DNA from: Eledone cirrhosa
Taxonomy: Eukaryota
Assembly (NCBI GenBank): GCA_964016885.1
Contig: OZ024744.1
Location: 36,084,001-36,148,000, forward strand
Reading direction: 5' to 3'
DNA: 64,000 bases
This document shows, in pieces, positions 27,553 through 44,939 of the stretch. Positions within the stretch are counted from its first letter, which is position 1, and every line of letters starts with the position of its first letter. Below the pieces are notes generated by a model. The model ran no database searches and was not told the DNA's origin. It saw only the letters and a list, made by a program, of their open reading frames with translations. The position numbers and the translations under genes are program-made.

Positions 27553-28208
27553 TCACGATAAATTAATGGAGCCATAGACTCGTTATTCCCTGTCATTTAT
27601 GTGCTCAAAGGAAAAGGAATCCTGAGCTCTTTAAAATACAATATGTTAAAAAGGTGACACACCAGAGAGAGAGAGAGAGTGTGCCATCAATAAAACATTA
27701 TTTGAGCACATTATTGACAGGGAATAACGAGAGTTTATGGCTCCGTTAATTTATCGTGCTATGTCGCTCCTTATAACAGTCTTTCCTCTCTCTCTGTTTG
27801 GTTGAATACACTACTTTGAGTGGTTTTTGTGCTGCCCTTTCTAGTAGCTCATCCCTCAGACACCACTGGTTCACTGCCCTAAACACGCTGTGACATCTCT
27901 CTGCCGCGTGTAGCTGGCCGTTCGCTTTCGATTCTCTTAGAGTTGTCTGGAATGTATAGTCTTGCACGCGCTGATGAACCATGGCCTACTTCTTTTCAGT
28001 CAAAAATCTTATTTGGCGAAACAGACCTCTATGGATTTGAACGCATGTGTTATATAGTTATAGAGGTGGGTATATAGATTTTAATTTATATTTTTAATTA
28101 TTGTGTGTCTACCCAGCCTTCCATAGGTTATAGATTCCATACACTGGTGGTTTTCCCTGTTTTATTGATGGCACATCCCCTCTCTCTAGTGTGTTACCTT
28201 TTCAACAT

Positions 28209-28212
<4 letters not shown>
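27553..28212. mobile_element. Insert with short inverted repeat (27553-27609 / 27701-27758) and degenerate HHR at 27964-28048
   Basis: gcacgcg-CTGATGA-acca...tggc-GAA-ACAGA..TTTGA-A-cgcatgt; U16.1 is mutated. Confidence 0.5.
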
Positions 28213-28299
<87 letters not shown>

Positions 28300-28326
28300 A
28301 ATTAATAAAAATAATGAATAAAAACA

Positions 28327-30026
28327 AAGAAACAGTTCCTTATATTAAAAAATTCATCATTTTACGATCGTTTCTAGGATATATATGTGTGTGTTGGTAT
28401 GTATATCATATAGATCTATGTAACATTTTTACAAACTATCAGAGGGAATATACATACCTACACATATATATGCTGTCTTCAGAAATAATGATATTTGTTT
28501 ATTGAAAAAACCCAACAAAGATTTAATATAATAGGTCTGTTTGGGAACAGGTTTTGAATTGACCAATAGAAAGGTAGTAAGTAGTCAAGATGGTAGAATA
28601 GTAGTAATGGAACTTTAATTTAGGGGTAGAGGAAGGCAGATTTCAGTTTTGAATGGAAAGACTATAATGAATGAAAAGATTATTTTGGGGATGAAAATAG
28701 GTCAAGTCGGTAAAAGGTAGACGAAAATTTAAATTTATAAAAGAATAATGCTAATGTAAATATCTAAAGAGTATAAAATTTTAAGATAAATGTGTTAGTG
28801 AAAAATATCAATCTTATTTAAAACAAGGAATTTACATCTATAAAAAGTAAATAAATTAATTAAATTGATAGGTATATTTATATTGATAAATTTATACTAA
28901 TTCATATAGATATGATAAATAAGAGTTAGATGTAATTGAAGAATGCTGTTAAAAACGAAGGGAAAATAAAAAAAATAATAATAATAATTATTCCTGTCGC
29001 TTATTTAATAGGATATCCTTAGATTTCATTATTTCAAAATCTTTTTGAAATAATGAAATCTAAGGATATCCTATTAAATAAGCGACAGGAATTAATTATA
29101 TCATGTAATCATAAATTGAGAAGAACTTTTACATATTATAAACCTAATTAATATACACTTTACAAATTATTATAATAACACTTTTTTTAAATTAGTTAAC
29201 CTATAATTAATATTCTACTACTAATGAACTGCATAATTTTATTTCCCTTTTACAGCTATCTTTTCCTAAAATTTATACCAATAAGTATACATATAAACTA
29301 TTTTAATTTCAGGTTATGAATCTATATTCCTTATAATCTATATAAATTTGTTATTTCTCACTAATAAATGTATCCCCCCCCCCAATAATAATAATAATTA
29401 TAATTTTTTTTATTTTCCCTTCGTTTTTAACAGCATTCTTCAATTACATCTAACTCTTATTTATCATATCTATATGAATTAGTATAAATTTATCAATATA
29501 AATATACCTATCAATTTAATTAATTTATTTTCTTTTTATAGATGTAAATTCCTTATGTTTTAAATAAGATTGATATTTTTCACTAACACATTTATCGTAA
29601 AATTTTATTCTCCTTAGATATTTACATTAGCATTATTCTTTTATAAATTTAAATTTTCGTCTCCAAAATAATCTTTTCATTCATTATAGTCTTTCCATTC
29701 AAAACTGAAATCTGCCTTCCTCTACCCCTAAATTAAATTCCATTACTACTATTCTACCATCTTGACCACTTACTACGTTTCTATTGGTCAATTCAAAACC
29801 TGTTCCCAAACAGACCTATTATATTAAATCTTTGTTGGGTTTTTTCAATAAACAAATATCATTATTTCTGAAGACAGCATATATATGTGTAGGTATGTAT
29901 ATTCCCTCTGATAGTTTGTAAAAATTGTACATAGATCTATATGATATACATACCAACACACACATATATATCCTAGAAACGATCGTAAAATGATGAATTT
30001 TTTAATATAAGGAACTGTTTCTTTCT
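28327..30026. mobile_element. 1.7-kb AT-rich inverted-repeat insert (PLE 3' region) with nested 100-bp palindrome at 28991-29091
   Basis: 28327-28985 is the reverse complement of ~29400-30026. HHRs at 28354-28491 (-) and 29859-29996 (+). Confidence 0.8.
29859..29996 (+). ncRNA. Type I hammerhead ribozyme with ~100-nt stem II
   Basis: tcattattt-CTGAAGA-[cagcatatatatgtgt..ggtatgtatat...atatacatacc..acacatatatatccta]-GAA-ACGATCGT-A-aaatgatga. Confidence 0.8.
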
Positions 30027-30164
30027 TAATTTATCTTGACTCTGTTTTCCTGTGTTTTTCATCTAAAAAAATTTTTGAATACATCTTCTCTTTTCATGAT
30101 ATTCGGATTACATTGAGTTCTTCATACGGATTGGACACTACCGTACATTTAGGTAGATTTATCT

Positions 30165-30326
<162 letters not shown>

Positions 30327-30433
30327 ATGTATATATATAACAAAGGAATTATGGTAAGGAACCCGATGGACCCCAACGCACCAGAGTACTCAATACCTAG
30401 GGTAGTAGAGTGGCAAATAGGAAAAAGTACTTT

Positions 30434-30504
<71 letters not shown>

Positions 30505-30507
<3 letters not shown>

Positions 30508-31167
30508 TATGTAGACGTACATACATATATGTATACAGACGTACAGTAGTATGTATATATATATATACACACATATATATGTACGTATGGATTCACCGAA
30601 CATTTATTATAATACTCGGTGTGTTTGTAAACAAACATCCCGTATTAAGCCGTAGTGTCCAGCAACCATCGTTGCTCGTTTGTTCAACACCGAGAAAGGA
30701 ACGCTGTACTAGTTTTAAGCTTATTAGCTATCGTCAGCAACATATACCGTCCTGTCAGATTGTTGAACGTATATACTTACCGTATGCATATTAACGGCTG
30801 AGTAGCCCAATTTGCATATCGAGTGGGATAATCGGCCAGGTGCACCGAAAACGATAAACGGAAAAAATGAAACGAAATTTCATTTCCCACTCTTAGTACA
30901 GCGTTACTTTGTCAGTGTTGAACAAACGAGCAACGATGGTTGCTGGACACTACGGTTTAATACGGTATGTTTGTTTACAAACACACCGAGCATTATAATA
31001 AATGTTCGGTGAATCCATACGTACATATATATATATATGTGCATGTATGTATATATATATACATACTACTGTACGTCTGTATACATATATGTATGTACGT
31101 GTACATACTTATATTTAAGTAACAGCCGTACTAAGAGTGGGAAATGAAATTTCGTTTAATTTTTTCC

Positions 31168-31172
<5 letters not shown>
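30505..31172. mobile_element. Family A inverted pair (antisense 30505-30899, sense 30894-31172); HHR at 30701-30743 with a G12A change
   Basis: Homology to 4340-5139; flanked by (TA)n. Confidence 0.8.
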
Positions 31173-31214
<42 letters not shown>

Positions 31215-31469
31215 TACTTTGGGAGTGCCATGCTGCCAATAAAAAAACATGCACCTGTTAGTTTTCACTTCAATTCATTATCAATTAACGTTTGGCTGGT
31301 TGGTTTGTTCGATAACCGGATGATTGTATATGTATTGTCAAAGCTGTTTCGTCACACATTCTGTGACCTCAGTTACTGGTTTTTTTTTTATTTGTGTCTC
31401 TCCTTTATTCTGACCGACACCATCTTGTTCTTGTGTGTCGCGCACACAGCACACAAAAACAAGTTAGCT

Positions 31470-31645
<176 letters not shown>

Positions 31646-31718
31646 GAGAGAGAGAGGTAGAACACTGGAAGGTAATATTCGTAGCGGTGGGGCACTCAGT
31701 CCATGGGACGCGTTAGGT

Positions 31719-31873
31719 AGAAGTGGTAACACAACAGTTAGTTCACCATACCGAGAACATTTGTTTCACCTTAGCGGATCCTCAACTCGTAAAGGACCTT
31801 TACGAGCTGAGGATCCGCTAAAGTGAAACAATTGTTCTCGGTATGGTGAACTAATTGTTGTTTTACCACTTCT
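31719..31873. mobile_element. Short hairpin insert with HHRs (minus 31752-31789, plus 31803-31840)
   Basis: cgag-CTGAGGA-t-cc-gctaa-rg-t-GAA-ACAATTGT-T-ctcg. Confidence 0.7.
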
Positions 31874-32406
31874 CTCTCTATATATATATGCTTTAAATTT
31901 CACAAATTCATAGATTATAGTATTAAATGTTCAAATTTTATAAAGTTTATGATACTGTTGTTATAGTTATAATAATTACATTAACCAGCACAAGAACCCT
32001 CCTGGGGCGGTTTTCTACTAGCAAATGTAGTGTGCATATTGATATTATACGCAAATATATATGCTCATAGATATGATACGTAAATTAAAAAGTAAATTGA
32101 CAATATGCATATAAATTGAACAAAGACATTCGTCTGTAATCAGTAAAGTAATCCATGATACATTAAAAAAAACACTTGAATGCTAACGGAAGTTAATATT
32201 TGGAAGTTTTAACAGAAGTGTATCTTTAAATAAGCAATACATTATATATAAGATTATTTATCTTTAATCAAGAGCTACGAAATTTAGTAGGTAAATTACA
32301 TAATATTCATTCATGATTTCTTCAAACTAGGCTAAATTATTTTAATAACATGATGTAAAATAATAAAATAGACAGTCTCACAGTTCTCTGATCATTATAT
32401 ATAAGA

Positions 32407-33430
32407 CTAGCAGAGTTACTCGGCGTTGCTCGGGTATTAAATAGCAGTCATGTATAGCATTCATGTCAATACTTCAGTGCTGCTTCGAAAACTATACTTG
32501 TACAAAAGCATCGGCTTTTTCCAAATGGGGGTTCCTTCTCTCAAGGGACCCCTACTCAATATATGCCAATTCTTAGTAAATTCATCTGTAGAACGTACTT
32601 ACTTCATGTGTCAAGTTTAGTGAAAATCGGTTGCGATCTCCACAGGTTATGACGTTTTGTTGCATTGCACTGCAGTGCTTCAGTCGATTCCAAGGAAGTG
32701 GTTAAAGGGGGTTATCTCCCCCCGGGGGGCCCTATAATCAATATCTTGAAAAGTGAAAGTGCCATGACCATCCGGTATACATAAGTAACCTATGTCTTAA
32801 ATACAACACTGCTCGTAGTTTTCTAACGCTCTTGCAGTAGCTTTACGTTCAGCATCTTGCGATCGTCTAATTGCAGCCTCCACTGACGATTGCTTTGCTT
32901 TTCTTTTCTCTCTCTCAGCTTTCGCCATTTTTCGACCAATCGGATCTCTTCCTTGGAGGCATTATATTTGGCAGTATCGGTAGAGGGTTGGACGCTATGC
33001 TTTCTAGCATAGTTACGTCCCTTTACAGTCTGAGTTCAAATCCCGCCGAGGTTAACTTTGCCTTTCATCCTTACGGGGTCGATAAAATAAAGTACCAGTA
33101 ATGTACTGGGTAATTGCTGACCTTATGCCTAAAGTAGAAACAATTATCTAAGGAAAGAGGACGTAACACACTAAGATGAGTAAAATGTTAACCAACAATT
33201 ATTTAAGTTTCGGACATGTGACGTGATTGTCACAGTGATCCAGAAACAGTCTTCGTCCACCTAGGGGCCGCATTGGACACACACTTAAGGATTTTATGCA
33301 TCCACAACCCTTCTGGGAACATAACGCATGTTTGCTCCAAATTTGAAGAAAATCAGTTGCAAACTGTAGAATTTATGTGGGTACGGACATACACACACAC
33401 ATCCTCAGTTATATATAAATATATATATAG
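32407..33430 (+). mobile_element. Helentron/HINE-like element with a nested SINE
   Basis: Starts actagcagagttactcggcgttgctcggg (cf. 1470 and 61621); ends catacacacacacatcctcagttatatata..atag. Confidence 0.6.
32968..33146 (+). mobile_element. tRNA-derived SINE
   Basis: A/B boxes and core as at 22609-22785. Confidence 0.85.
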
Positions 33431-34409
33431 TGAAAGATTGAAGAATAACATGGTCGGCTGTACAAAAAGGGTTATATATCAGGTATTAACCATTGTTTCA
33501 TTGATCAGGTGAGTCTAAAGACCGCTAATCATTCGAAGTTGCGTCACCCGACCTTAAATACAGTGTTTTACTCTGATCAAATCCTCGGAATACTAGAGTT
33601 TTTACATATAACATTGGTATATATAGAGATACAGCGGAGAATCAAAACAATAACATCAATAATAAAAGATAATGATAAAGAGGTAAAGAAAATAGAATGA
33701 AGATGGTACAGATGTAAAAAAATAAGTAAAAAAATAATAAGTACAGAATGCGATTGCTGATAATAGTGGTGGTGGTGAGTAAGTGTATGTGTAAAGATAA
33801 AACTAACATGAAAAGCAACATCAAATACATACATATATACGTGGTGGTCTCAGAGGGTTAGAGTAGAAAATAAAAATAGTAACAAATGACAGATAAAAGA
33901 TAAAAAATAATGAATTAAAAATTAAGTGAGAGGGGAAGAGATACGAGGGCGAGACATAAGGGGTAGGGTTAAGGATGGGGAAGGGGTAGATAGGTAAATA
34001 GAGGATAAGAATTGAGAGGGAGAGACTTGATATGTGTGTGTGTGGTAAATGTCTCGTATGCTGATTGTCTTATCTTAATGGGGTTGATGTGGGGTGGTAT
34101 GAAGTTAGTGTATTAAAATCCGGGTGGTTCAGTTCGAATTTTGGGATTGTTGGGTCGAATCATGTTGGTTTGAAATTTGTGAACTTGGTAGCTGATCTGT
34201 GCCTACAGAAAATTGATCGTTCTATTTTACTGTTATGCAAAACCTTATCATACTTTAAAATATGGAACATGTCGTATTTAAGGTCGAGTGACGTAACTTC
34301 GAGTGATTAGCGAACTTTATACTCACCTGATCAATGAAATAATTGTTAATACCTGATATATAACCCTTTTTGTACAGCCGACCATGTTATTCTTCAATCT
34401 TTCACTATT
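33427..34409 (-). mobile_element. Severely truncated PLE with inverted terminal copy (33427-33561 / 34275-34409)
   Basis: The minus strand at ~34190-34265 reads FHILKYDKVLHNSKIERSIFCRH, like the other PLE C-termini here. HHR at 33483-33593 (-): gtatt-CCGAGGA-t-ttgatcag...ctgatcaa-t-GAA-ACAATGGT-T-aatac. Confidence 0.7.
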
Positions 34410-34564
34410 ATTACTCGAAGTATAACCTGCATAGGAATTCTCGCGAATTCGCTACTTAACTATGGAAACCTCTTGTTGAGTCAAACAACGCCGTACGTTA
34501 AAAGTATCCACAATACAGAATACTCACAACCTCTAACTGAATTACCATAACATGTTATCCCATA

Positions 34565-35781
<1,217 letters not shown>

Positions 35782-35793
35782 TATATATATATA

Positions 35794-37555
<1,762 letters not shown>

Positions 37556-37571
37556 TATATATATATATATA

Positions 37572-37900
37572 TACTGTAGAGTAAAGCATGTCCAGAGAAT
37601 TATTTGATAATATATATACATCATCTCTACTCCCAATCACCATAATTAACCACACAATTAGATCAGTCTATATGGTTAATTAATTTCCACGTGCTGTTGA
37701 AATGTTGGGTAAATATTCTATAGAGGTTGCGCGCGAAGACGCCGCAATGGCGTATTTATTTGCTGTTTCTTCATAGATGCCTTTTATTCTTATAGCCTGG
37801 TCTAATTGATTTTTTGTGTGGTTAATTATGTTGATTGGGGGTTGAGATGATGTATATATATTATCAAATAATTCTCTGGACATGCTTTACTCTGCAGTAT
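37572..37900. repeat. Imperfect inverted repeat insert between (TA)n tracts
   Basis: 37572-37670 is approximately the reverse complement of 37791-37900. No convincing HHR found. Confidence 0.7.
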
Positions 37901-38005
37901 TTTGCTCTGATTATTTAATTTATTAATTCTCCATTGAGCCACATCGTGAAAAGTTGCCAAAACACATATATACATGTGACTTTGTTTAATTGGTGTATGT
38001 GTAAA

Positions 38006-38105
<100 letters not shown>

Positions 38106-38163
38106 CGTGCGTGTTTGTGTTTGTGTGTGTGTGCGGTCATTGTAACTTCCCCGGACACACACA

Positions 38164-38212
<49 letters not shown>

Positions 38213-38404
38213 ACACACACACACAAACACCCACACAGTCACAGTACGTTTAGTCTGAAAGAGAGAGAGACAAACACGTAATGTTGAGGAAGGGGGAGCG
38301 TTAAACAGTGTGTAAAGAATAAATAAATAAAAGTTAAAGTTATCGAACGCTGCTATCATTTTCTCCCCTCCCCAACCCCTCTCACTCTCTTTCTTTCTCA
38401 ATCC

Positions 38405-38438
<34 letters not shown>

Positions 38439-39559
38439 CTCATACCCTCTCTCTTTCTCTACAGAATGGAAAACAATCAAGAGCGCGCATTGTCGTCTGT
38501 TTTGATTGAAATTTCTTTATGTATATTTCTAATAAGTTGTTGCCTCGTTTTGGAGGACTGAGTTGTGGGAGCAGGAAGGGGAGTAGTGGGAGGGAGGGAG
38601 GGTTTAACTACAGTAGTAGTATCTCCTTTTCTCCCTCTCTCACTGAAACGTCTGCTCTTTCCTCCTCCATTGTAATGATGTCCTCAGGGGTCCATTATTG
38701 ATGTTTTATTGAAATCCAATTAGCCAGTCTTGTTTCTGAATATTAGCTTAACATGTGTGTAAAGTTTCATCAGGATCGGATCACTGATGTAGGCGCTAAC
38801 TGGTTATAGACAAGTTACACAGATACACAGACAGAAATTGCCATTTACATAGTAGACTAGCAGAAAACCACCCGTGGCGGTTTTCTGCTAGTCTATATAT
38901 CTAAAACAGAGAATGTCTGTGTGTCTGTTAGCTCACTAAAACTTGAGAACCATCCAACCGATTGTTTTCAAACTTTAGACATGTAATACTTATGGTCCTG
39001 TGAGTGTTTTGAGCAAAAATTATTTCAAATTATCAATGCCTTAGGGACCGCATTAGGCGATTTAGAGTTCTCTCTATATAATTCTTAGTCTTTCTTTTTA
39101 GATAGATACATAGATATAACGTTGCGCCCTTATAATATCTGTCTGTATGTCTGGCTGTCTGCATTACGTCATTATGACGCGCTCAGTGTGTGCGTGTATA
39201 TATATATGTATCGTAATGCAGACAGCAAGACATAGCTTTGCTTCCCCTCTTCCAGCGTCTCTCTCTCTCCCTCCCTCTATCCCCCTCTTGTAGTCTGTCT
39301 CTTTCTTTCACTCTCACTCTCTCTCTACGCGTCGGACAGACAGACAGAGAAATTGCTGGTTATATATTATAAGGAGATTATCGTTTACCATTACACTATT
39401 TCTAAGTTTTTACTGTAAATAAATGTCTTCTAATGTTCAACTTGACCATAGGACGCTATTTGGACGTTATCGTAGGTTACTACGAAAGAACGCTAGTGTT
39501 TTTGTATTAAATTTTATAAATGCAAGACTCCTAGAAGGCGTCTCCTTACTTGTTATATG

Positions 39560-40625
39560 AGCTTTCGGCACAATCTTATTCCTAAACATTTAAGCCTGTT
39601 TTATTTTTATTTTTTAATAAATAATTTCCTTCCTTGTTTATTCTATGTTGTTCGATAATGCCATAAGCGAATTAATAAATTGAAAACATTCTAAAATCGG
39701 GAAAATTACTCCCTGTGAAGTTTTCCTATGTCTATTCATTGTAATCTTGCTTGTATTCATATCTCTCAGATGTTGTCGATGAACTGTTATCTGTTTTCAT
39801 CAACTCCTGCCAGTTATTGCGATGTAATTTGTTTCATATTCGCAGCATGTTAAAACGAGACTACTAGATGAGCATGTGAAACTATTTTAAATTATACAAT
39901 TTGTCCGTCTTTGAATCTGAATTTAGGGATTTCCAACATATATTCACAAGTTCCGTAATTAGATGTTTCATATTTTGTTACACGTGGATTGGAAATATGT
40001 TTGTGAAATTTTTCGCTCACGATTTTTTCAAGTTTTGTGAGTCATTCATTTTTTTATAATTTGTTGATTCTCCGAGATACGTCTCGTTTCTTTTTTTTAA
40101 TTACTATATACAATTGGTAGATTCCATTGAATATAATTATAGATTTCAATATTCCTCGGTTTGTATGTTGATATAAATGAAAATTTGTTTTCTTTTGGTT
40201 TATCATTTTTACCATCTGTAAATTTTTCCCACTCTCTCTATTTCCATTTTCACTAAGCTGGCGGGAAATCTTCAGAGGATTAAGATATTTTGTTATTATT
40301 AGTATTGGAAACAACAGTGAATATTCGTTTGGCCAAAGTAAACGGAATATGTGTCCATATATGTCTAGGGTGGCAGGATGTGAATAATAAGTATTGTTTT
40401 GAGTCTCTGGGTTTATAACAGATATCCGTTTTAATCTCTCCATCTATTATCTTTATCAAAATCTCTAAAAAAGGGAATTTTCCTTGCTAAACTCCATGGT
40501 GAATTGAAAATTTGTAGTTATGTTTTTCTAAATATATTTTGAGCTCGTCTAGTATAGAGAAGTGTACGAGTGGGTATTTATCCATACATTAGGATATGAT
40601 TGCTTTCCAGTACACCTGTCTATCT
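39560..40625 (-). mobile_element. Decayed PLE (Neptune-like) RT/GIY-YIG remnant
   Basis: The minus strand reads FPFLEILI..IKTDICYKPRDSKQYLLFTSCHPRH..IPFTLAKRI and ITVHRQHLRD; many stops. Confidence 0.7.
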
Positions 40626-40629
40626 ATCT

Positions 40630-40707
<78 letters not shown>

Positions 40708-40961
40708 TTATTAAAATAACAGATTAAAGTTTAAGCAAAGAATCGAGCCCTCTTTGGATTTTAGTCTTCAAATTTATTATTATTACTATATACATATACA
40801 CACACGCACACACACATATACACACACACACACACATACACACACACAGACGCACACAAACACACACAGACACACACACACATATATGTGTGTGCACGCG
40901 CGCGCGCGTGTGTGTATGTATGTTTATCTGTCCGCCTGTTTATCTACTTATCTATTTATCT

Positions 40962-42605
40962 ATCTGCAACAGCTCCAACTTCTCGAGACATTACTGGGGA
41001 AGTTGGAGCTGTTGCAGGGCATCCCGATCGAACCAGGACTGCAGAAAGCAGCGTCGGCCTATGCCCACGACGTAACCTTAATGGTGTCCAAAAACCTAGG
41101 AAATCGGGGTAATCAGCAACCTATTACGGGTATACGAAACGTTGACAGGAGCAAGACCAAAACCAAACAAGTCTGTCGGTTTGCAACACGGCACATGGAG
41201 AAGCAAACCCATGTCTTCCGACAGTGTCGTTGGACACTGGACGGAAGGACCAGTAAAATTGCTCGGGGTCTGGTTTGGTCCAGACCTCCAGGTGGACAAG
41301 AACTGGAACGAGGTTACGGCGAAGGTGTTTGCACTCACTCAGAAGTGGGCTGAGTGCAAACTCTCCTTCAAAAGTCGAGCGGAGGTGGGGAACACTTACA
41401 TAGCGTCCCTCATCTACTACCGCTTGAGAGTCATGCCTTATCCCCGCAAACACCTCACCAAAATGGAACGTCTACTCTTTTACTCTGGAAGAAACAGGCT
41501 CCATTGGTGAGGAGATCCATCTGCTGTCAACACCCTTCTAACGGAGGGCTGGGCATGCCGAGGCTGGTGATGCTCAAACACGCGCTGAGGCTACGCCATC
41601 TCCGGGTATTCCTGACCGGCGAACCAGTGGAGGTTGGTGTTTGTGAGACGAGCTCTTCCACAACTTATCTCACTAACAGAGCTGCAGTCCTGGGTCAAGC
41701 GAAGACCGAAAATGGGCGCCTGGCACCTCGAGTGCCTTCAGGCGCTCACAGCCCTTTACCAAGCAGAAACGGCAATCAGCGGAGACTCCACCTCGACATT
41801 CTATAGGGGATTAGTGGAGGATAAGTGCGACGACGTTCTCGAGGAAACTCTAGGCATCAAGGAAGACGAACTGACCACTCTGTTCGGGAGGACTTTCCGT
41901 CCTGGGCCTATGGATAATTTCCATACGCTCTATCAGGGATCCTGATAAAAGGACGTGTCCAAGATGCGAGCAGGACATCGTAACCGTTCTGCACGCAATT
42001 GTTCAGTGCTCACGGGTGACCGACCTGTGGAATTATGTCGAACAGCTACTGTCATGTGTGGGACGCATCCAGTTGTCAGCCGAGTCCATCGTGAGGATCA
42101 ACCCGCCGCCTTCATTTAAGAATGAAGGAGATGCGGTTTTCCTCTGTCTCGTGGATATGGCGAAAGAGTTAATATCTTGGACGAGGTTAAAAGGACTGAG
42201 GGCAAGCACCTTTCTTTCCGGACAACAACTTATCCCCTTCTTTAAGTACCACTTCAGAAGGAAGGTGAGAGTGGAGAGAGAGGTGCTACACCCCAGTACA
42301 TTCGCTGAAAGGTGGGTGAATGTGGCGAAAATGGCCCGAGTGAATGGGCCTTCTCTGTATATAAACCTGTTGGTTGAGGAAGATAAACAGAGGGAAGACA
42401 GGAAGACCTACAAAACGTGTTCCTGGTGTTGAGGGTTGTTCTATCCATGGGCTGTAAAACAACTCTTTCGGGGATTTCGATTGTTTCATTTTTATTTTTA
42501 TATAGTTTATTGTCATCCATTATTGTTAAAGGTTTTATGTAAAACCCCTGGCTTCACGTCTTGTAATATCCCATTTTTGTACGCCCTTGTGGCAAATAAA
42601 TCAAT
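40962..42605 (+). mobile_element. Tx1/L1-group LINE 3' fragment
   Basis: AYAHDV (YADD-like), KLLGVWFG, LSFKSRAEV, GGLGMP and the zinc knuckle CPRCEQDIVTVLHAIVQC; ends aaataaa + (tcta)n. Confidence 0.85.
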
Positions 42606-44939
42606 CTATCTATTTATCTACCTACCAGTTTGTCTGTCGGTCACTCTGTCTTTCCGTCTGCCTGTTTGCCTTTGTGTGTATCTCGCAGTCTATCTATATA
42701 TTATCTGTTTATCTTTTTATCTTTCTATCGATCTATCTAACTCATATCTGCTTCTGTTCATCGATAAAATCATATATATATATGTATAATATGTATATGT
42801 GTGTATGTAAGCGCTTGTGTGAATGTTTTCACACGAATGTGCAGATATATACTCTTTATCATTTATCTTCTATACACCTGCTTAGACCTATGAGAGGAAT
42901 CGTTGAGATATTCTTTGAGTGAAGTGAAATCTGTTCTCTGTAATAAAAATAAAATATAACGTATAATTCACATGTACACTATGTCAAAGATTTCTTTGAT
43001 CAGATGATTTGTTCTGCCACTGCCAGACATGCAATAAGTAACAAATATAGTCTATTCATTCTGTCTCAGTCCTAAGAAAAACTATTCAAAGAATTTTGTT
43101 GTTGTCGTTGTTGTTGTTGTTGATAGGTCTGATCAATAAAAATTGTAACCTAAGTCATTTTATCTATGATTTACCTGTCATAGCGTTAGATGACAGTAAT
43201 GAAATAACGTTTCGTTTAAGTAAAGTTATGTCCAGTTTTGAAATAATGTTTTTTTTAAAATCCTGTATAGGAACACGCCCAATACTGAAGTAAGGTTCCT
43301 TCAAATCCTAATTGCTTTATTTTCAAAGGAAGTTCAGATAACGCTAAAACTAATATTGAAATAACGCCTCTTTAAATCGCTTACATCTCTCTGACATAAT
43401 ATTTCTTTAAATATTGGATAAATGCACGCCCGTTATTGAATTATCGAGACATACATAGTCTAACTGCAATCAGCCAAAATTAGTGTGAACAGAGTGTGAC
43501 AAGACTAGTTTTTTAATTCCCTGGTACTGTCCTTCCGACGAGCTTTCCCATTGTTTCCTCGTCAATCTAATTCCATTCACAAGGATTTGGTTGGCCTGAG
43601 GCTGTGGTAGAAGAGACTTACTTAATTAGACATGCTGTGTGATCAGTCCTGGAATGTCATCATTGTGAAATTGACTTTTTAACTTAGTCCATAGAAATGT
43701 AAATGTATCTTAATCGTTTTTGGCGATTAGTACTCCAAGTATCTGATCAATTATACAGTTTACTCATTGAATTAACTTGTAAATTGATGAGTATTTCACA
43801 TACACGGGAACCGATAACATAATTATCAGGCAAAAACCATCGTGATTCAGTGTGTAATAAAGCTATCACATACACACACAAATATCTACTCACAAACAAT
43901 TATACAAACAAAGATATTCCAAACTTCCGACAAACAACAACCTTTAAACGAAGTATCATCTGCCTCATTTATCACAATCTATTCTACCGCTGCTGCAAAG
44001 ATATCTACATTTTGAGCGCTAGTCTGATCTGCAATTCTCCTCTTAAATTTGCTCAATTGCACACTGCTTTTCTTCCAAATTCCTTATATCATATAGTATG
44101 AAGACATACCAGTTAATATAATTAGATAATCTGCTTTTCCCTCCATAACCTGAACATTTTGGGAATAACTTTCAAATTGAATATTGTCTGTATTAATATA
44201 ATGTTAAAACTATGTCTAGGTGTAGGTGAATCTAAATACATCAATAATCAAACTATACAAACAAGTAATCTAATATAAAAATTCTTTCGCAGACGTATGA
44301 ATGAAAATATGTATTTGTGTGGAGCAATTGAATTTCTGTCTACGTGTGTCGGTGTCATTTGAAGTGATGGGAAACACTTGAAATGCAATTTTTAAAATAT
44401 TTATTGCCGTGTTTTTAAACAGATAGTTAATGGTAATGAAGGAACGACACGTGCATCGAGTTGTGACTGATGGTTGTTGAGATTGTTACTGTTGTTTTAC
44501 TTAATACCTCATCTGAATGAACAAACTTAGGATGAAAGGCATTCCAGTTGTGAGCATCCCACATATTTAACAGTATGTAGGAATAATTAAGGAATGAGTC
44601 GTTCCCTTATCTATGACGTAGAGTATAATTTAATTTTACTGTCATTTCTAGAATCCCGAGTGAGCATAGAAACGTTTACATATCGGCACAATTTTATGGT
44701 TTTTAAGTGTCTGAGAGTAAAAGACGCTGCAGCCTGGATATGACGCTAGACCATTGAAGCTGTCCCGAACTCATTTTCAGATGTGTGAACTGGAGCAACA
44801 TGAAATAAAGTACCTTGTTTAAGGCCACAATACGTCATTCAGTCGAGGGATATCGTTGTATTATTTCAGTGAGAGTTTGATATTTTTTATTATACAAGTG
44901 AGACTGCAATATATATATATATATATATTTATACTGCAG

